From an uncultured Piscirickettsiaceae bacterium (GTDB lineage: Bacteria > Pseudomonadota > Gammaproteobacteria > GCF-002020875), in NCBI GenBank assembly GCA_964344135.1, contig CAYFMF010000002.1, positions 20,015 through 84,014 on the forward strand: a stretch of DNA of 64,000 nt, in the 5' to 3' direction. Numbering within the stretch: position 1 is the first letter of the stretch; every line of letters begins with the position of its first letter. The notes beneath the pieces are model-generated. The model searched no databases, was not told where the DNA came from, and saw only the letters and a program-made list of their open reading frames with translations. The position numbers and the translations under genes were made by a program. This document shows positions 59,839-64,000 of this stretch, piece by piece.

Positions 59839-60921
59839 TTGATGGGTGCAGATTCTATCAGGTTTCTGGTTACAGGAGGCTCCGGATTCATCGGCTCGTC
59901 GGTAATCCGTCATTTGGTCAATGATCTGGGTTATCGCGTCCTGAATGTGGATAAACTGACCTATGCGGGAAACCCAGAGTCTCTGAGGGAGATTGAGCAA
60001 AATCCCCTCTACAGTTTTGAGCAGACAGACATCTGTGATGCTTTAGAGATGGAGAGGGTTTTCAATGAGTTCATGCCAGACAAGGTCATGCATCTGGCTG
60101 CTGAGTCTCATGTTGACCGATCCATTGATGGGCCGGCAGAGTTTATCCAGACAAATATTGTTGGAACCTATGTGCTGCTTGATGTTGCCAGAAGGTACTG
60201 GACGGCATTATCGGACAAGCATGAGCTGTTCAGGTTTCATCATATCTCCACTGATGAGGTCTATGGAGATCTTGGAGGAACAGATGACCTGTTTCTGGAG
60301 GCGACACCCTATGCCCCCAGCTCACCCTATTCGGCCTCCAAGGCAAGCTCGGATCATCTGGTAAGAGCATGGAACAGAACCTACGGCCTACCGGTTATTA
60401 TTACCAACTGCTCCAACAATTATGGCCCCTATCAGTTTCCAGAGAAGTTGATCCCCCTCATGATCCTGAATGCGTTGGAGGGGAAGCCTCTGTCTATATA
60501 CGGAGATGGACAACAGATACGCGACTGGCTCTATGTGGAAGACCATGCACGGGCATTGGTCAGGGTGGTGCTTGAGGGGCGGATCGGAGAGACCTATAAC
60601 ATCGGTGGGCACAATGAGATGAGCAATCTGGAGGTCGTGACTACAATCTGTTCCATCCTTGACGAGCTGGCCCCAGAACACCCCTCTGGGATTGGCCGAT
60701 ATGAGGAGTTGATTGAATTTGTAGAAGATCGCCCAGGACATGATCTGCGATATGCGATTGACGCCGGAAAAATAGAGCGGGAACTGGGGTGGATGCCTGA
60801 GGAGAGCTTCGAGTCCGGCATCAAAAAGAGTGTAGAGTGGTATCTTGCCAACAGAGAGTGGTGTCAGCATGTCCAGGATGGGAGTTACCGGGGTGAACGC
60901 CTTGGAATGAGTGCGGAGTGA
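59839..60921 (+). CDS. rfbB: dTDP-glucose 4,6-dehydratase
   Basis: [12 protein letters not shown] and YSASKA. Confidence 0.9.
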   Translation: MMGADSIRFLVTGGSGFIGSSVIRHLVNDLGYRVLNVDKLTYAGNPESLREIEQNPLYSFEQTDICDALEMERVFNEFMPDKVMHLAAESHVDRSIDGPAEFIQTNIVGTYVLLDVARRYWTALSDKHELFRFHHISTDEVYGDLGGTDDLFLEATPYAPSSPYSASKASSDHLVRAWNRTYGLPVIITNCSNNYGPYQFPEKLIPLMILNALEGKPLSIYGDGQQIRDWLYVEDHARALVRVVLEGRIGETYNIGGHNEMSNLEVVTTICSILDELAPEHPSGIGRYEELIEFVEDRPGHDLRYAIDAGKIERELGWMPEESFESGIKKSVEWYLANREWCQHVQDGSYRGERLGMSAE

Positions 60922-60925
60922 ATGG

Positions 60926-61801
60926 ATGAAGGGAATTATTCTTGCAGGCGGATCAGGCACAAGGCTATACCCCGTCACTCAGTCCATTTCAAAGCAGTTG
61001 CTCCCTGTCTATGACAAGCCAATGGTCTACTATCCGCTCTCTATCCTGATGCTGGCAGGGATACGTGAAATTCTGATTATTTCGACACCACAGGACACCC
61101 CCCGTTTTGAGCAACTGTTGGGCGATGGAGGCCGTTGGGGGATCGAGTTGAATTACGCGGTTCAACCCAGCCCTGATGGTCTGGCACAGGCCTTTCTGAT
61201 TGGTGACTCCTTTATTGGTGATGAGCCATGTGCACTGATTCTTGGGGATAATCTGTTTTTTGGTCATGATCTGGCGGGAACCTTGGTCAAGGCAGCAGGG
61301 AAGCAACAGGGGGCATCTGTATTTGCCTATCCAGTCTCTGACCCAGAGCGTTATGGTGTTGTAGAGTTTAACCCTGCTGGCCAAGCACTATCCATTGAAG
61401 AGAAGCCGGCTCGTCCACGCTCCAGATATGCTGTAACCGGGCTCTATTTCTACGACAATCAGGTAGTGGATATTGCCCGCTCAATCAAGCCATCAGCACG
61501 GGGAGAGCTGGAGATTACAAGCGTAAACCAGTTCTATTTGCAGCAGGGGATGCTGGAGGTTGAGGTAATGGGGCGTGGAACAGCATGGCTGGATACAGGG
61601 ACGCATGAGTCCCTGCTTGAGGCTGCACAGTTTGTCCATACGCTGGAGAAACGTCAGGGGCTGAAAATCTCCTGCCCTGAGGAGATCTCCTGGCACAAGG
61701 GGTGGATTAATGATGAACAGCTCTACCAACTGGGTACAGAGTTAGAGAAGAGTGGCTATGGAAGTTATCTCTTGAGTCTGCTGCAGCAGAAGGTCTTCTG
61801 A
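60926..61801 (+). CDS. rfbA: Glucose-1-phosphate thymidylyltransferase
   Basis: [14 protein letters not shown]. Confidence 0.9.
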   Translation: MKGIILAGGSGTRLYPVTQSISKQLLPVYDKPMVYYPLSILMLAGIREILIISTPQDTPRFEQLLGDGGRWGIELNYAVQPSPDGLAQAFLIGDSFIGDEPCALILGDNLFFGHDLAGTLVKAAGKQQGASVFAYPVSDPERYGVVEFNPAGQALSIEEKPARPRSRYAVTGLYFYDNQVVDIARSIKPSARGELEITSVNQFYLQQGMLEVEVMGRGTAWLDTGTHESLLEAAQFVHTLEKRQGLKISCPEEISWHKGWINDEQLYQLGTELEKSGYGSYLLSLLQQKVF

Positions 61802-61802
61802 T

Positions 61803-62348
61803 ATGCAGGTTCACAAGGCCACGATTGATGGTGTATTGCTGCTTGAGCCTGATCTGTATGGGGATTCCAGAGGTTTTTTCTTTGAGAGCTGGAATCGCAA
61901 GAGTTACCAGGCGGCAGGAATTAATGAGGAATTTGTTCAGGATAACCACTCCCGCTCTGTCCAGGGTGTAGTACGGGGGCTTCACTATCAGATCAGGCAG
62001 CCACAGGGAAAACTGGTTCGTGTTGCTGCTGGCAGGGTGCTGGATGTAGTAGTTGATCTCAGAAAATCCTCGCCAACATTTGGAAATCACTATGCCATAG
62101 AGCTGGATGATGACAGGAATCAGCAGCTATGGATTCCCCCTGGCCTCGCGCATGGGTTTTCTGTATTAAGCGAGAGTGCCGACTTTCTCTACAAGACAAC
62201 AGATTATTACGCACCGGAACATGAACGATGTATTCATTGGTCCGATCCGGATCTAGCCATTGACTGGAAACTGGAGGGAACTGCACCATCGGTATCAGAG
62301 AAAGATCTTCAAGGGGTTGTATTCCGAGATGCGGAATATTTTGAGTGA
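61803..62348 (+). CDS. rfbC: dTDP-4-dehydrorhamnose 3,5-epimerase
   Basis: 181 aa, cupin. Confidence 0.9.
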   Translation: MQVHKATIDGVLLLEPDLYGDSRGFFFESWNRKSYQAAGINEEFVQDNHSRSVQGVVRGLHYQIRQPQGKLVRVAAGRVLDVVVDLRKSSPTFGNHYAIELDDDRNQQLWIPPGLAHGFSVLSESADFLYKTTDYYAPEHERCIHWSDPDLAIDWKLEGTAPSVSEKDLQGVVFRDAEYFE

Positions 62349-63259
62349 TGAAAAGCAATCGACGTATTCTATTAACGGGAACGACCGGGCAGGTCGGATG
62401 GGAGTTGTGTAGAACTCTCGCTCCACTGGGCACCATTTTGGCACCTGATCGGAATTTGCTGGATCTTTCCCGGCCCGAAAAGATTAGGGCGCAGGTTCGT
62501 GAGTGGAGACCAGACTTGATCGTTAATCCAGCTGCCTATACTGCAGTGGATCAGGCTGAGAGCGAACATGAGATCGCATTTCAGATCAATTCTGATGCAC
62601 CGAGAGTACTGGCTGAAGAGGCGTCGAAGCTCAGTATACCCCTTGTCCACTACTCAACAGACTATGTCTTCGATGGGGAGAAGAAAACCCCCTACAGTGA
62701 GGACGATGAACCCAATCCGCTCAATGTCTATGGAGAGAGCAAGCTGTTGGGTGAGAGGCATGTTCAGGAAAATACAGAGCAATATCTGATTCTTCGGGCC
62801 AGTTGGGTCTATGGATTACGCGGTAAAAATTTTCTGACTACGATGTTGCGGCTCTTTCAGGAGAGAGAAGAGATACAAGTCGTTGATGACCAGACAGGTG
62901 CTCCAACCTGGTCCAGGATGGTGGCTGAGGCTAGTGCGATCATTCTGAGCCAACTCATCAATCGTGGGAATGATGAGTCTCGATGGGGGCTTTATCACTT
63001 GAGCGCTTCTGGACAAACGAGTTGGTTTGGGTTTGCAGAGAAAATTCTCGAAGAGGCTCAATTGGGTCATTTGGGAGGCGACCTGAATGGCCATTTACCC
63101 AAGCTTGTCCCAATTGCCGCTAGCGAATATCCATTGCCTGCTGAGCGACCCAAATTTTCACTCCTCTTCACTGAAAAAATTATTCGTCAATTTGGTGTGA
63201 GACTGCCAGGCTGGAATAAACAGACAGAGCTGACAGGAATGGGAGCAGAAGCGTGTTGA
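62345..63259 (+). CDS. rfbD: dTDP-4-dehydrorhamnose reductase
   Basis: 304 aa. Confidence 0.85.
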   Translation: MMKSNRRILLTGTTGQVGWELCRTLAPLGTILAPDRNLLDLSRPEKIRAQVREWRPDLIVNPAAYTAVDQAESEHEIAFQINSDAPRVLAEEASKLSIPLVHYSTDYVFDGEKKTPYSEDDEPNPLNVYGESKLLGERHVQENTEQYLILRASWVYGLRGKNFLTTMLRLFQEREEIQVVDDQTGAPTWSRMVAEASAIILSQLINRGNDESRWGLYHLSASGQTSWFGFAEKILEEAQLGHLGGDLNGHLPKLVPIAASEYPLPAERPKFSLLFTEKIIRQFGVRLPGWNKQTELTGMGAEAC

Positions 63260-64000
63260 TGCATAGGTCGGTAGCTGTGTTGAGCGTTGTTTTATCGCTG
63301 TTGTTGGGAGTGATTCTGTTTCTATACCCTGTTCCAGGTACGGGTGGAATTCGTAATCTCCTTTTCCTCTCTGTTCTTGTTGTATTGGCATTTATCTGGC
63401 GTCTTGCCAGTACAGAACATCAATCGAAGTTGAGTGGCCCTGACTGGACGTATCTCTCTCCAGTCACTCTTTTGTTGATCTTGACAGGATGGCTTGTGAT
63501 TCAAATTACACTCTTTGGAACAGGTCGTGTTGAGTCTTTCAATAATCTTCTTGAGGAGTGGATTCTGGGAGGGATTGTCTTTTCCTGGTTGACTTGGGTT
63601 GTGGCTAGATTCTCTTCAGATGAGAGTGAGGATAATCGTGGGAGCTTGCTTCTTACTCTAATGGCCATTGCTGTTGCTGGTCATGTTGTCTGGCTCTTCT
63701 GGTATCAAATTCCAGTTTGGCAGGGTAGTGGAAACTATCCCTACGGATCAAGCCCATATGCGCAGAGAGATTTTATCTCTTTCCCTGTCAATCTTGCTTT
63801 TGTTGTTCTGATTGCTGATCTTTCTACTCGTGTCATGCTGAAAAAGAGGGTATTGCGGATTTCTGTTTGGGTCTCAACAGTGTTGATGATACTTTCGTTA
63901 GCTGCAATTATTGTATTGAATACACGCAATGGTGTGCTTTCTGCATTGGCAGCAATGATGCTATTGGTGATCATGGTTTGGTTTGGCCGCTGGAAAAGGG
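63259..64000 (+). CDS. Polytopic membrane protein, partial (runs off the window end), probably an O-antigen polymerase/ligase-type protein. Begins MHRSVAVLSVVLSLLLGVILFLYPVPG
   Basis: My own translation. ATGA overlap with the rfbD stop. Lower GC. Confidence 0.45.
   Translation, partial: MHRSVAVLSVVLSLLLGVILFLYPVPGTGGIRNLLFLSVLVVLAFIWRLASTEHQSKLSGPDWTYLSPVTLLLILTGWLVIQITLFGTGRVESFNNLLEEWILGGIVFSWLTWVVARFSSDESEDNRGSLLLTLMAIAVAGHVVWLFWYQIPVWQGSGNYPYGSSPYAQRDFISFPVNLAFVVLIADLSTRVMLKKRVLRISVWVSTVLMILSLAAIIVLNTRNGVLSALAAMMLLVIMVWFGRWKR

Overview
This is a high-GC (about 60% by eye) chromosomal window, probably from a gammaproteobacterium: ileX-like tRNA-Ile2 lies next to rpoD, and the ftsY / M16 / rsmD / coaD / fdx order resembles Pseudomonas. 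I assigned nearly all of the window to genes.

Contents in order:
(a) 1-11.9 kb: a complete [NiFe]-hydrogenase module. On the minus strand: hypF (partial), hypX, hypE, a small membrane ORF, hypD, hypC, hypB, hypA. Transcribed divergently on the plus strand: a four-subunit cytoplasmic group-3b-like hydrogenase (FeS beta, FAD/NAD gamma, small subunit, large subunit) and its maturation endopeptidase.
(b) 11.9-17.2 kb: dgt, aroB, aroK, a secretin pilQ with no pilMNOP, and tsaC.
(c) 17.3-20.1 kb: an AlpA-like HTH gene, an XRE regulator, and a secreted protein built of six and a half exact 71-aa tandem repeats.
(d) 20.2-21.0 kb: a tRNA-Ile2(CAU) gene interrupted by a 235-nt group I intron with Azoarcus-like IC3 core motifs. 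Immediately next to it, in an AT-richer segment wedged between the tRNA and rpoD, is a free-standing HNH endonuclease gene.
(e) 21-36.6 kb: rpoD, dnaG, yqeY, rpsU, comEA, tsaD, plsY, folB, folK, an SDR, a MidA-like methyltransferase, uppP, a vanZ-like gene, cca, an NmrA-like gene, rpoH and ftsY.
(f) 36.6-40.3 kb: a periplasmic parvulin PPIase and an 810-aa heptaheme c-type cytochrome lipoprotein, inserted between ftsY and a conserved M16-peptidase pair.
(g) 43.4-50 kb: rsmD, coaD, fdx, an S24 peptidase, mutM, a lone hydantoinase-A-like gene, rpmG, rpmB and ilvE.
(h) 50-64 kb: an LPS core / dTDP-rhamnose cluster (ugd, a four-helix-bundle gene, a UDP-GlcA epimerase, gmhA, hldE, hldD, waaF, waaC, a GT2, a low-GC waaL, rfbBACD and a further partial membrane protein).

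The observations I consider most interesting are the intron-containing tRNA with its neighbouring HNH gene, a roughly 92-nt structured element present twice (before hyuA and before ugd) with covarying stems, the 71-aa-repeat secreted protein, and the heptaheme cytochrome / PPIase insertion.
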